Source: a virus (taxonomy: Duplodnaviria > Caudoviricetes). From it: a stretch of 54,402 nt of DNA. The position numbers and the translations under genes were made by a program. The notes below the pieces were generated by a model. That model saw nothing but the letters and a program-made list of their open reading frames with translations, did no database searches and had not been told where the DNA came from. Below, piece by piece: positions 20,301 to 29,383 of the stretch. Where the stretch lies: positions 1 to 54,402 of the IMG/VR virus record IMGVR_UViG_3300036766_002274. The stretch is one strand, 5' to 3'. Numbering within the stretch: the first letter of the stretch is position 1; each line of letters opens with the position of its first letter.

Positions 20301-23300
20301 ACGCTGTCCTCGGTGAAGAACTGCAAGATGCCGTGCTGCTCAAGGAATGGGATGGTATCGGAACCAGATGCCTGCAACGCCGCATTAGTCTGGCGCACCA
20401 TCTCATTGTGCGCGGACTGGTACGCCTCGACAGCCGTGGACTGAGCAGCGCTCAGGTCGTAGCGCTCAGGGTTCTGGAGGATGTCGTAGAGCTTCCCCGG
20501 CCCAGAGCGAAGCTGCTCAGGGAGTCGCCGGTCATCAGCGAGGCCGTGGTAGCGGATGTTTTCCCAAGGGCGGTTGGCCCACTTCGCCTTGGCTTGGAAG
20601 CCGGATGTCGCGCCCAGTGCGCCAGCCCCAGCGATGATGCCAAGCTCCTTCAGCCTGTCGTCCCCGGTGAGTTCGCCGCCTACCCAGCCAGCGGCAACTG
20701 GCGTGGCACCGGCGGCAATCTGCTTGGCTGCATTCTGGAGATGGTTCTCTTTGCCCACGATTGGCGCGAGTTCATCGAGCAACTTACTCGCACGAATCGA
20801 CTGCGTACCCGCCGCCGAGCGCAAGTAGTCGGCGGACGCCATGGTGGCGGCGGCTACCTTCTTCGCCATGAAGGTGACCTTGTTCGAGCTGGGGTCGATG
20901 ATGCTGTTCACGGCATGGATGACCGGGGCGAGGCCCGGCACTTGCTGGAGCAACTGGTTCATGTAGTGCGGGTCTTCCATCGCGGACTCAGCGTGCGCGA
21001 GGTAGTCGCTGCTCTGGGCCTTAACGGCAGTCACCTGTTCCGGTGTCGCCATAGCCTCGACCTTGCGAGCGCTGACGGCAGCCATGCGCTTGTCGTTGAC
21101 CTTCTTCATGCGGTCAGCGGCTTCGGCCTTCGTGTCCTTTACAGGCTCCAGCATGGCCGAGAGCTTCTCAGCGCTCTGCTGGCTCTCTTTAAACGCATCA
21201 GCCAGCCCCGCTTCGCGGCTGGCCTGCGGCGGCTCGATACCGAACGCCTTACCTAGCTCAGCATCGCTACTGGCCGGGTCAGCGATGTACTTGCCTGTAG
21301 CGGCAACCTTGCCAGAGACGTGCTCCAGCAGGCGTGCGCCTGCGCCTGACCGGAGGCCAGAGGCAAGACCGTACTCAGCCGCCTGCTTGAGCTTGTCGCT
21401 CTGGTCGCCATCTGCCGTGGCATACCCATAGACAGCAGCGCCACCGGCCTGCAAAGCAGCCCGTGTCGCTGGGTCTTGTAGCTGCGAACCAGTGCCCTCT
21501 GTTAGCCCCGCAGCAACAGGTGTGGTGCCGCCAGTCCTTGCATCTCTTAAGCCGACTAGATAGTCATCAAACCCAGTGCTTGCACCCGGCGGAATCTCCA
21601 CAAGCGTTACCTTGCGGCCGGTGGCGTCGGTAAAGACGTTCTTCGTAATCTTGCTCGACGTAGACCCCATATGCAGGTAGGGCACCGCAGTCCCAGATGG
21701 AACATCTTGGCCGTTGCTGATAGTGCGGAGCAGCTTATCGCGCAGCTCGCGCGGCAAAGCACTGAGCAGCACTTGCCGGTGGCGCGAGGTATCTAGGAGC
21801 GCAGACACGCTGTATCCCGATACCTGTGGCTCTGGGATTAGCCCTGTGGCTGGCCCCCGCTGTCGCATCCGCGCTTCGGTGTACCTGAGGTCATCCCTTG
21901 CATTCGCAAGTGCCTCACGTAGCGCGCGAGTCTTCGGCCCCGAGTTCTGGGCATCTTCCCAGTCTATATCGAAGCCAAGCTCTTTTGCGGTGGAACTTTC
22001 AGGATAGCTGACTGCCTCTTGCAGTTTTCTAATCCTGTCTTGCAGGAACTGCCAATTCACATCTAGCTGGTCGATGCCGGAGGCTGCTTGCCCTTGGGGG
22101 ATTGATGTTCCCTCCACTCGTGGTGGCAAGTCTGGCGAACGACCAAACGCAACCTCGTCTGGGCTTACATCCCAGCCATTGTTGGTGGGTGCGTCGTGCC
22201 CCAATCCTCGTCCGGGGTTGTCAACCCCGATGCTTCCGCCCTCAGCCATTCGTTGTCCAGTGAGGTCTGGCGCTGGGTCACCCAGTCCTGTCCGTGCTCC
22301 GCCACCAACTCCTGTATCATGTGGGCTTTCTCTAGTGAGCTGCTTAGCTGCGTCCCAGTCGGTTGTGTATTTTCCGGGGTGTTCATATGGTGCAAAGGTT
22401 CCTATTCGCTCATGCAGTGTAGCGGGGTCGCCGCCTTCGTAACGCATGAAGATAATATCAGGTCGGCCATCGGCGGTGTAGTCCCAGCCAGCCGGGGCAT
22501 ACTCATCAGCGAACTTCATCGCCTCGGTTGGCTTGAAGCCGAACTTCGCGTACAGCTTTGGCAGAAAGTTGCCGTCGCCAGCGTAGGCATCGAGCGTCTT
22601 CCCGCCATTCTCAATCGCGTGCAGGAAAGCAGCCTGCCCAGCCTTGGGCGGGCCACCGTTATTGAACAAGTTCTGGATGTCACCTTCTGGCGACAGCATG
22701 TAGCCGGTCTTGCCGTCCGGTGACAGGAACGCCTTCGAGGCAGCGAACTCCTCGGCAGAGTGGGGCGAAAGGTTCCACGCACGCGAGTTCGCGGACTTTG
22801 CCGCCTCGAACACCTTCGGGTCTGTAACCGGGTGGAACTCTACGCTGGGGATGCCACGCTCTGCCGCGCCTCGCTCAGGTAGGTTCTCCACCATGCCAAG
22901 CCGTGCGCCGACTGCGCCTGTTGCGTCCTTGGCGAACCGGCCAACGCCGGTTGCCGCCGCCGCCGTCGCTGCCGCCCTGAGAGCTTCCTCATTATCGTGT
23001 CCGGTTGCGCGGGCTGCCGCATAAGTAGCAGAGCCAGCGAGTCCGGCCTGAACCACTGCGCGCCCACCGGGGACTTTTGCAGCAGCGTCACCGGCAGTGC
23101 GAAGCCCTTCGCTGAACCTCCCCACGCCAGCGCCAAGCGCTGGCTGCACAAGAGATGCAGCACCGGCAAACTTCGCCGTTTCGATGGCGGACTTTAAAGC
23201 CTCGTCGTGGCTTGCGCCTGAGACCCTCGCGCTCGTGTACGAGATGGCAACAGCAGAACCAGCATTGAGCGCAACTGTTTCAACCATCTTCGCGAACGGC

Positions 23301-24664
23301 TTGATGGCCTCACCCAGTGCAGCGCGTACAACAGGGCTGGCTGCGTCCATCCCGAGGCGCTCAGCAACCGGAAGTGTAAGTCGCATGACGCCATTGCCTA
23401 GTGCTTCTCCGGGGAGGAACAGCGCGGCAACGCCGATGCCAGTGTTGACTGCGTACCGCGCGGCCTCGCCTGCGCTCTGGAAGTGCGCAGCGTTGCCAGA
23501 CTCAGAGTCGAGCTTGTTGGCTGCGGCAGTGGCCGCGTCCCGCTGGTCATGGTTGAACCTGCCGACCGTGGCGGCTTGCAGCCGAAGCGGAATAGCAGCG
23601 GCGGCGGCGGCAGTGGACTCAACCGGCTGGGCAATGCCCTCAGCCAAACCGCCGAGCATGTTGCCAACCGCACCGGGGACTGCGCCACGCGCCATGTCAC
23701 CCAGCTTGTCCGAGAAGAACCCGCTCTGGTTCTGGCCGACAGCGGCACGCACTGCCTTCTCCTGATGGAAGAAGGCGTTCTTGTCTTCATACGTGGCATC
23801 TGCGGCTGGAGCCTGAAGGCCGCGCGCCTGCGCGATAAGCGCCTTCGTCGCTGGCGTCTGGATGGACTCGTGCCACTGCATTGGCCCCGTCGTGCCGATA
23901 CCCAGCGTCTCGTTGTCGAGGCTGGAGATACGTGGGTCAGCAGCGAACACACTGAGCGGGTCAGTGTCGAGCTTCTTCAGCACTGCGCGCCAGTCCGAGA
24001 ACTCCTGCCCACGGCCCGTGAGGTGCGCGAGTTCGCGGGCATAGCCCTGCTTCACGTCATCCGGCGTGCCACGCACTTGCGTCTTCAATAGCTGGATTGG
24101 GTCATAGCGCGCCGAAGCATCTCGCCGTACGCTGTCGGTCAAGCTCTGGCCGACAGCGTCAAAGTCCCACCCATCCTTGTTGGCCGCAACACGCATCGCC
24201 GCATTCACCGGTCGCAACAGCCGGTTCGAGCCCCCCGTCTTGAGGCCCTCGGCGCTCTGTGAGTAGCGCAGTACGCCAGCCTGACCACGGCTCTTTATTG
24301 AGGAGTTGCCAAAGTTTTGCCCCTCGGCATCATCGATGTACTTCTTGCGCTCATCAGCGCTGCGCTGCTCGTCAACAAGAACGCGGCTGCGTTGTGTGGC
24401 GGCGCGGTCATCTTCACGGCGAGTGAAGTCAGCACGCTGGTTGTCAGCCTGAGCCTGAGCGCGCTGGCGCTGGTCTTCCTCTTCACGCCTGCGCCGCTCT
24501 TCTTCATCGAGCTGGCGCTGGCGAGCCGCCGCCTCGTACTGGTCGAGACTGTTCCGTGTCCAGTCTTGGCTGCTATCTGCGGGCGCGGCGAAGAGCCCCG
24601 AGCCGGGGTTCACACGGTTGATGCGCGAGTCAACAATGTCACCGAGGTCGTCAAGCACTGCCAT
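17366..24664 (-). CDS. Giant internal virion/ejection protein with embedded GNAT-like domain
   Basis: Likely ATG at 24664 (TAATG coupling) within the 2457-aa ORF; Ala/Gly-rich helical blocks, hydrophobic stretches, enzymatic-looking insert. Confidence 0.75.
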   Translation of the reverse strand: MAVLDDLGDIVDSRINRVNPGSGLFAAPADSSQDWTRNSLDQYEAAARQRQLDEEERRRREEEDQRQRAQAQADNQRADFTRREDDRAATQRSRVLVDEQRSADERKKYIDDAEGQNFGNSSIKSRGQAGVLRYSQSAEGLKTGGSNRLLRPVNAAMRVAANKDGWDFDAVGQSLTDSVRRDASARYDPIQLLKTQVRGTPDDVKQGYARELAHLTGRGQEFSDWRAVLKKLDTDPLSVFAADPRISSLDNETLGIGTTGPMQWHESIQTPATKALIAQARGLQAPAADATYEDKNAFFHQEKAVRAAVGQNQSGFFSDKLGDMARGAVPGAVGNMLGGLAEGIAQPVESTAAAAAAIPLRLQAATVGRFNHDQRDAATAAANKLDSESGNAAHFQSAGEAARYAVNTGIGVAALFLPGEALGNGVMRLTLPVAERLGMDAASPVVRAALGEAIKPFAKMVETVALNAGSAVAISYTSARVSGASHDEALKSAIETAKFAGAASLVQPALGAGVGRFSEGLRTAGDAAAKVPGGRAVVQAGLAGSATYAAARATGHDNEEALRAAATAAAATGVGRFAKDATGAVGARLGMVENLPERGAAERGIPSVEFHPVTDPKVFEAAKSANSRAWNLSPHSAEEFAASKAFLSPDGKTGYMLSPEGDIQNLFNNGGPPKAGQAAFLHAIENGGKTLDAYAGDGNFLPKLYAKFGFKPTEAMKFADEYAPAGWDYTADGRPDIIFMRYEGGDPATLHERIGTFAPYEHPGKYTTDWDAAKQLTRESPHDTGVGGGARTGLGDPAPDLTGQRMAEGGSIGVDNPGRGLGHDAPTNNGWDVSPDEVAFGRSPDLPPRVEGTSIPQGQAASGIDQLDVNWQFLQDRIRKLQEAVSYPESSTAKELGFDIDWEDAQNSGPKTRALREALANARDDLRYTEARMRQRGPATGLIPEPQVSGYSVSALLDTSRHRQVLLSALPRELRDKLLRTISNGQDVPSGTAVPYLHMGSTSSKITKNVFTDATGRKVTLVEIPPGASTGFDDYLVGLRDARTGGTTPVAAGLTEGTGSQLQDPATRAALQAGGAAVYGYATADGDQSDKLKQAAEYGLASGLRSGAGARLLEHVSGKVAATGKYIADPASSDAELGKAFGIEPPQASREAGLADAFKESQQSAEKLSAMLEPVKDTKAEAADRMKKVNDKRMAAVSARKVEAMATPEQVTAVKAQSSDYLAHAESAMEDPHYMNQLLQQVPGLAPVIHAVNSIIDPSSNKVTFMAKKVAAATMASADYLRSAAGTQSIRASKLLDELAPIVGKENHLQNAAKQIAAGATPVAAGWVGGELTGDDRLKELGIIAGAGALGATSGFQAKAKWANRPWENIRYHGLADDRRLPEQLRSGPGKLYDILQNPERYDLSAAQSTAVEAYQSAHNEMVRQTNAALQASGSDTIPFLEQHGILQFFTEDSVRRVFGEDAAKAFRMQTPGFDRLRSPQMLRDLGPTYESALRAQPGLDIIKDPMALLRLEVKRHDQIRANAMLVQNLKESGGAWKIPSDAERQALSKQDRLDLKVKQKGMEQRGWRQLPGIDDHLFHPEMVKAVDSLLIPTRGNETGPLAVADGITNILRQAMFTGDLSAWTMQGAMLAINDPMGAVRNFIPLVGASFGGKRYFDHWVSKNQDLWNAYTKAGGIGGLEHEGIEKEGKLSLSNMPGVKQIEQHGFEAYLPIHRALQWDLQRQTENFIKGFGPAKGKFPVGGRLAAEFLKNGPLLAGAGIAASGVDIPGVDDQYEAGFALALGLATNVGTRAAFKAEARYAGEKLSKAENIKSSVQAAKQINRTSGTLNRQLYGISAQQSQWERTIGARSPALLRNTFILAKKASTDFGPEGAMARYYLVKTAVLMGAGMAAMQYLATGSMPSMNPMDEDSILNPKSQNFLKAQGGATGTLSASNPVIGLVKALMRTDSPDGVRKWRMQDWVPMVGLADWYSSRTPDVIGAATRPLATEIGNGLQSHLSDAGIGAPGNSTGFNNGLFQPPLPLTAKAAFNTGVIQNHTAIGKFIKPLTDNVGLKEDPNYSNPRERAAGLFSNFVGLNHNPETLGREMTRIKAEEVSKQFPGLQDRANVNGNKDGVVDYNDLNSGEQTGIRGALDKNTRYAELKKTLADNATGQDSPVQSYFNRLDGINKGYTTKMQDLDTRYKSGKTSAFDAKAEYQFLAGQRRQEITDAQTDLGKLAAQRKGTDETVLDYLGRYMKPEDKVVNDWYALFDQATGKDGKLDFNKLDALQTAFKAKTAPEYAKYLDERLASFDKPKDTQFGRDYDAAKAATKPYYDAADTAFEYVKGLGVFDGFNTYSEFETAVRDAAQQRGIPVQNMLDSLSSDPAMKAFQKLLSGQRTLLRLDNPAMDSSLQKFYNKAPVKGTMAYYENKYNKLQMASEPLFDYSSSKTR

Positions 24665-26652
24665 TAGGCAGCAGCCGAGCGCTGTGCGCCCTTCAGGAAC
24701 TCGGTCGGCTTCTGGAGCCAGTCCACATAGTCGGCCCACGGGATGCCGTTGTTGCCTTCAACAAAGCCACGATACAGCTCAGTCTCACCCTTGGTCTGGT
24801 TCCTCAGCGTCTGGAGTGATGCCGCCACACCGCCGCCTTTTTGCTGAAGCCCGCTGCCCATGTTGAGCGTCGGCGCGATGTCGCCGGTGGCGTTGGCTGC
24901 GAGCGACGGAGGGATAGGCGCACCATAGTCAATAAGGTTCTGGAGCCGCGTCGGCATCTCACCAGAGATGTGCTGATTCGTGGAGCTGGGCATGTAGTCA
25001 CTGCCCATGCCGTTTGCCTCGTAGTCACCCTGAGTGCCGAGCGCAAAGCGGTGGTACGCCTGCGGGAACTGCATGAGCGGGCGGGGCTGCATGACCTGAC
25101 CCTGAGCGTTACCCTGCCACTTCCATGGCTCAGCACGGAGCACGCTGGGGTCAACGCGATGGCCCCAGTCGGCCATCCGCTGCATCTGGTAGCGGCTGTC
25201 GCCCTGTGCCCAGTTGCGGCCAGCCGCTTGGTCGAGACGCTGGTTGTACATGTACGGCTGGTTTAAAGGCCGCGCCTCTTGGTTCACGGGGCGTTGCGGC
25301 ATCTGGAACATCGGCTGTGCGCCACCCCCTATGGGGGTGTTGTCAGGGTGGGGCGTGATAGCCAGCGGGGCATTGGTCGGATTAAAGATACCCTCAGGCT
25401 TCGCCCCGCCAGCACTCGGGTCGGGAGCGTTGGCGTCGCCAGCCATGATGTTCGTGGCGGTCGTGAAGCCGCCCGCAGCCATGCGGTTCTGGGTCGGGTC
25501 ACTGAGCGCTGCGTTGGTTGGCGTCCAGCCTTTGCTTGCCGGGACTTGCGGCGGAAGCGCGTTCCAGCTATTGCCGCCACCAGACATGTCGAAGTTCCGC
25601 ATGTCATCACCGATGGGAATCTGTGCCTGCTGCGGCACGGGAGGCGGAGGCGCGATGCTGCTCTGGCCGGGGTTGAATGTGGCGACAGAAGGCGGTGCGA
25701 ACGCCGGTGCCTGAGCCGGAGCCGAGAGCGGAGCCTGCGCGGGAGCCGGGCTGCCCGAGGACTGAGTGCCGAATACCGGCGCTGCCGTGGTAGGGTCATA
25801 CGCGTGCAAAACGCTGGTTGCCGAGAGCGGCGTCATCGAAGCGGGCGTGCCGCCCTTTGCCATCGTATCCCAGTCAGGCGTGATGCCGCGCTGCATGAAG
25901 TACAAAGAGAAAAGGTCACGCGGTGACCTTGCCTGTTCAGCGATGAACTTGTTGTTGTCGAGTGCGAGCTGCCCCATGCCGACAGCGCGGCTTGTCTCCG
26001 CGCTGAACTGCCCGGTCTGGTTAGACTGCTCACCAAGCAGCCGCTTGGTTGCGTCGTCCATGCGGGCGATGACAGCCTGCTCTTGGTTCCAGCGCTCAGT
26101 GACCCGGTTGCGCTCAGCGTCGTTGGCCGCGCCTGCCATGCCCACCTTGTAGTTGTTGTCCGAAGCGTAGCGTGACGCAGCAGCAGCCTCCGCAGATGCC
26201 TGCGCCTGAGCCTGCCGGTCAGCCGACTGAGAAGCGAGCTGGTCACGCCGGTAGGCGTCGTTGGCGGTATCACGCGTGGCGTTGTACGCGTCAGTGTGTG
26301 TGTCCCGCCCAGCTTGGTAGTCGAAATTGCGCTGGTCTTGTGCAATCTTCGCAGCATCGTTCGTAGTGTTACGCGCGTCATTCGCCGCATTCCTGTCCAT
26401 GTTGTACTGGTCAGTAGGCGAGACATCGAAGAAGTGGTCTGGGCCAGCATTGGAAGGCTGGCGTACACCGGGAGCAAGCCCAGCCGCGATAAGAGCCGCT
26501 TGGTGTGCTTGGTCAAGCGTTAGACCCGGATACTGAAGCATCAACATCCGGTCGGCTGTGGTCATATCGCCTGACGCAGTTGTAGGCATAACATTCGGCA
26601 CATACTCCGTGCCGTTCCAGTGCGTATTCGGGGGCTGGTCGTTGTAGGCCAT
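24664..26652 (-). CDS. Putative ejection/pilot protein (662 aa)
   Basis: Q/A/P-rich, low complexity, QRNFDYQAGRD-type segments. Confidence 0.6.
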   Translation of the reverse strand: MAYNDQPPNTHWNGTEYVPNVMPTTASGDMTTADRMLMLQYPGLTLDQAHQAALIAAGLAPGVRQPSNAGPDHFFDVSPTDQYNMDRNAANDARNTTNDAAKIAQDQRNFDYQAGRDTHTDAYNATRDTANDAYRRDQLASQSADRQAQAQASAEAAAASRYASDNNYKVGMAGAANDAERNRVTERWNQEQAVIARMDDATKRLLGEQSNQTGQFSAETSRAVGMGQLALDNNKFIAEQARSPRDLFSLYFMQRGITPDWDTMAKGGTPASMTPLSATSVLHAYDPTTAAPVFGTQSSGSPAPAQAPLSAPAQAPAFAPPSVATFNPGQSSIAPPPPVPQQAQIPIGDDMRNFDMSGGGNSWNALPPQVPASKGWTPTNAALSDPTQNRMAAGGFTTATNIMAGDANAPDPSAGGAKPEGIFNPTNAPLAITPHPDNTPIGGGAQPMFQMPQRPVNQEARPLNQPYMYNQRLDQAAGRNWAQGDSRYQMQRMADWGHRVDPSVLRAEPWKWQGNAQGQVMQPRPLMQFPQAYHRFALGTQGDYEANGMGSDYMPSSTNQHISGEMPTRLQNLIDYGAPIPPSLAANATGDIAPTLNMGSGLQQKGGGVAASLQTLRNQTKGETELYRGFVEGNNGIPWADYVDWLQKPTEFLKGAQRSAAA

Positions 26653-26942
26653 TACTTGCTAACCATTTCCTGTGCTTTAGACCCGAGATAACGGCAAAGC
26701 TCGCACATCTTCTGCTCACCATCTTGGTGCCCAGCACGCTCTGCCATTGCAACCATCATTGACTGGCGCTCTTCACGAGGAAGCGCACTAATGCGATTGA
26801 ATATCGCATTCTGTTCACGCTTGCCACGCTGACGCGTACCGGGCGTGTCACCCTGTAGGCTCGCCATTGCGCCGACTGTGCGGTTCATCTGTTCCTGTAG
26901 GTGCTTCGCTGTACCAGCGATAACCGAACGCTGGTCAGGCAT
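26652..26942 (-). CDS. Hypothetical protein (96 aa)
   Basis: TAATG coupling on both sides. Confidence 0.65.
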   Translation of the reverse strand: MPDQRSVIAGTAKHLQEQMNRTVGAMASLQGDTPGTRQRGKREQNAIFNRISALPREERQSMMVAMAERAGHQDGEQKMCELCRYLGSKAQEMVSK

Positions 26943-28918
26943 TACGCGTGCCCCAGCGACCGAATGTCGCGCATCATTCCAGCAACGGGAGCCTGCTGTG
27001 CCGCAGCCGGTGCGCCACCCGGCATGGCAAACATGCCCTGTCCGCCGTCGCCACCGCTCGGTGCGCCACCCGGTGCCCCCATCGGGGAAGGAGGCATGCC
27101 ACCAGCAGGAGGAGGTGGTGCGCCGCCGCCAAGCGCGGGAGGAACGCCATTGGCGTTCGCCGGGTCACCGTTCTGTGACATCGGGTCGCCGCCCGCTGGC
27201 GTGCCGACCTGCATCTGCTGGGCGACCTGCGATAGCGCCTGCTGGAGCTTGGCTTCTTCTATGCGCTCTTCGAGTTCGAGCTGGTCAGCGTCCTCACCCC
27301 ACGCCTTGAGTGCGCGCTTAGCCAGCGCGCGCTTAATCATGGGTTCCTGCATGAGGTCGTCAGCGTTCTTGCGCTCGATGAGTTCCCACGGGTTCTCGAA
27401 GCCAGCGAAGGTGTAGGCATCCCAGCGAGACAGGCCACCCTTGGCAATGGCGTCGTTCGCCAGAACGAGCTTGCGCTCCTTGATGGCATCCTCGTTGGGC
27501 TGGAACTGAATCGAGATGCCGTAGCGGCCACGGATGTTGGACGGGCCAATCCTGTAGCTGTCAGCGAGTTCCTCGCCGACGAAGACCGAGAGGTCTGCTT
27601 TAAAGACGAGGTCTGTGTACTTGAGCGCCAGCTCAGTCACGGTGCTCATCGCCTCTTCGCAAGCCTGCTTGGCCGACTCGATGCGGAGCTTCGCCTGTGC
27701 GCCAATCATTCCGTACTGGGCGGCGGAGTCCGTCCCCGGTACACCAGCACCACGCAGTGCGCGCTGGACGGTGCCGCGCTCAATCTGATTGCCAATCATC
27801 TGGAGCGAGCTGAGGTACTCAGCGTCGGGCAGCTTGGGCTTAATCCAGATTTTGTCAGTGACCGCCATGACATCGTCGCTCACGAAGTTCACGGCACCCG
27901 GAGAAAAGTCGATGTGCTCTTGGTCTACGGAGTCAGGCAGGAAGGCCACAGAGAACGCCGACTGCTGCATAATGGCGTCGAACTGCGTGTGACGCCGCAT
28001 CTCCGCGAGGAACATGCTCTTGTTCTGGCGAGTGTAGAAGCCAACGGCTTTAAACTCGGGACGGCCCTCGTAGGCTTCGCGCCCAAAGCCGCTGTACTTG
28101 ATGACGTAGGGCAACTCGTCGTAGGGGTTCTCCTCGTCGCGGACAACCTCCCAGTTGACAAACACCATGTGCTTGCCCTTCACGAGGTTGCCGTTCCAGT
28201 CGATGTACGTCGCCGTCCACACTTCGTGGATGGGAAACGTGCCGCTGTAGTAATCCCGCAACTCAGGCATGTCGATGGCGTAGGTGTTGCGAACCTCGGC
28301 AATAGAGCTGTGGTAGCGCTCAATAACCCAGAGCTTACGCACGCCTACAGTCGGGTCTTCCATGATGCAAGAAGGGCTAATGCTGCGGCAGAAGATAGGG
28401 AGGTTCTCGGAACGGATGCGCTCGATAGTCTTGACACGCTCAAGAACTTCCTCCTTGCCGCCCTTCTCCATCAGGGCTTGCTCGACCTTCTCATCTAGCT
28501 GCGGCCACAGATACCAGTCAGGGGCGACCTTGAAGCACGCCTTGCCAGACATGAACAGGTTCTTCAGGAAGTCACGGACGATGTCAATATCATTACCGCG
28601 CTTGCGCCAGTGCTTCCACAGTCCACGCGACCATCGGCGGATGGTGTCTGCATCTGTAGCTGCGGTCTGCGTCTTGTTGCGCGCCGGGTAGAAGACAATC
28701 ACGTCGGCAGGGTTGACGTTGTCAACCGCCTCATCCACCACCGCGCGTGCAGTGGTCGGGATGGTTACCTCGAAGCCCTCTGGCACCTCAATAAACTCGT
28801 CCAAAGTTCCCTCGTAAAAGGCAACATCTTCATCGAATCCAGCGAAGGCCGCAGAATAGTAGCCCTCCATGACCATAATTAGCTCATATGCGTCATCGGT
28901 ATCCTTAGGCGGCAACAT
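26942..28918 (-). CDS. Portal protein (podovirus type)
   Basis: 658 aa after TerL; NPYDELPYV, FSPGAVN motifs; Pro/Gly-rich tail. Confidence 0.85.
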   Translation of the reverse strand: MLPPKDTDDAYELIMVMEGYYSAAFAGFDEDVAFYEGTLDEFIEVPEGFEVTIPTTARAVVDEAVDNVNPADVIVFYPARNKTQTAATDADTIRRWSRGLWKHWRKRGNDIDIVRDFLKNLFMSGKACFKVAPDWYLWPQLDEKVEQALMEKGGKEEVLERVKTIERIRSENLPIFCRSISPSCIMEDPTVGVRKLWVIERYHSSIAEVRNTYAIDMPELRDYYSGTFPIHEVWTATYIDWNGNLVKGKHMVFVNWEVVRDEENPYDELPYVIKYSGFGREAYEGRPEFKAVGFYTRQNKSMFLAEMRRHTQFDAIMQQSAFSVAFLPDSVDQEHIDFSPGAVNFVSDDVMAVTDKIWIKPKLPDAEYLSSLQMIGNQIERGTVQRALRGAGVPGTDSAAQYGMIGAQAKLRIESAKQACEEAMSTVTELALKYTDLVFKADLSVFVGEELADSYRIGPSNIRGRYGISIQFQPNEDAIKERKLVLANDAIAKGGLSRWDAYTFAGFENPWELIERKNADDLMQEPMIKRALAKRALKAWGEDADQLELEERIEEAKLQQALSQVAQQMQVGTPAGGDPMSQNGDPANANGVPPALGGGAPPPPAGGMPPSPMGAPGGAPSGGDGGQGMFAMPGGAPAAAQQAPVAGMMRDIRSLGHA

Positions 28919-29340
28919 TAGTTGTCACCCAAGTATGTGATAGCTGCATACAGCAGGTCTGGGTTGTCCTTGGCGTTGCCTAGCATCATGTTGCAGTAAT
29001 GGCACAGTAGCCCGCGAACCTCTCCGGTGACGTGGTCATGGTCTACGAACAACGGAGTCCCCACTCGGTTAGTCATCTCGGCCTTGCGGCAAATTGCACA
29101 CACCCCGTCTTGTGCCAGAAGCATCTCATCATAATCGGAAACGCTTATTCCATATCGTTTGAGCAGATTGGCAGAGCGCGCATAGAGCAACCGGTCGGGA
29201 CGATATCTCGTGTCACTTTCTGCTTGGGCGCTCTTTACACACGCGCGACAACGCGGCATAACCCCGGCCTTGTAACGCTTGGCGCGAGGAAACTCTGATA
29301 GCGCCTTGGTTGCCCCACACTTGGTGCAGTCTTTAGTCAT
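28918..29340 (-). CDS. Endonuclease VII-like HNH (probable homing endonuclease)
   Basis: CTKC..CRAC; YGIS..Y..ML..Q.GVCAIC..VDHDH.TG.VRGLLC..CN..LG. Confidence 0.9.
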   Translation of the reverse strand: MTKDCTKCGATKALSEFPRAKRYKAGVMPRCRACVKSAQAESDTRYRPDRLLYARSANLLKRYGISVSDYDEMLLAQDGVCAICRKAEMTNRVGTPLFVDHDHVTGEVRGLLCHYCNMMLGNAKDNPDLLYAAITYLGDN

Positions 29341-29351
29341 ACGTATGCCTC

Positions 29352-29360
29352 AGTGTAACA
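29352..29360 (-). promoter_or_regulatory. Extended -10 promoter (TGTTACACT) upstream of EndoVII gene
   Basis: TGnTACACT 11 nt before the ATG. Confidence 0.5.
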
Positions 29361-29383
29361 TATTCTGTCTGTCAGACTCTTGA

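Noticed and set aside
17366-24739. Giant ORF as a tape measure protein
   Set aside because: Located between portal and scaffold, contains an enzyme-like insert, and no tail tube or chaperone genes are recognisable
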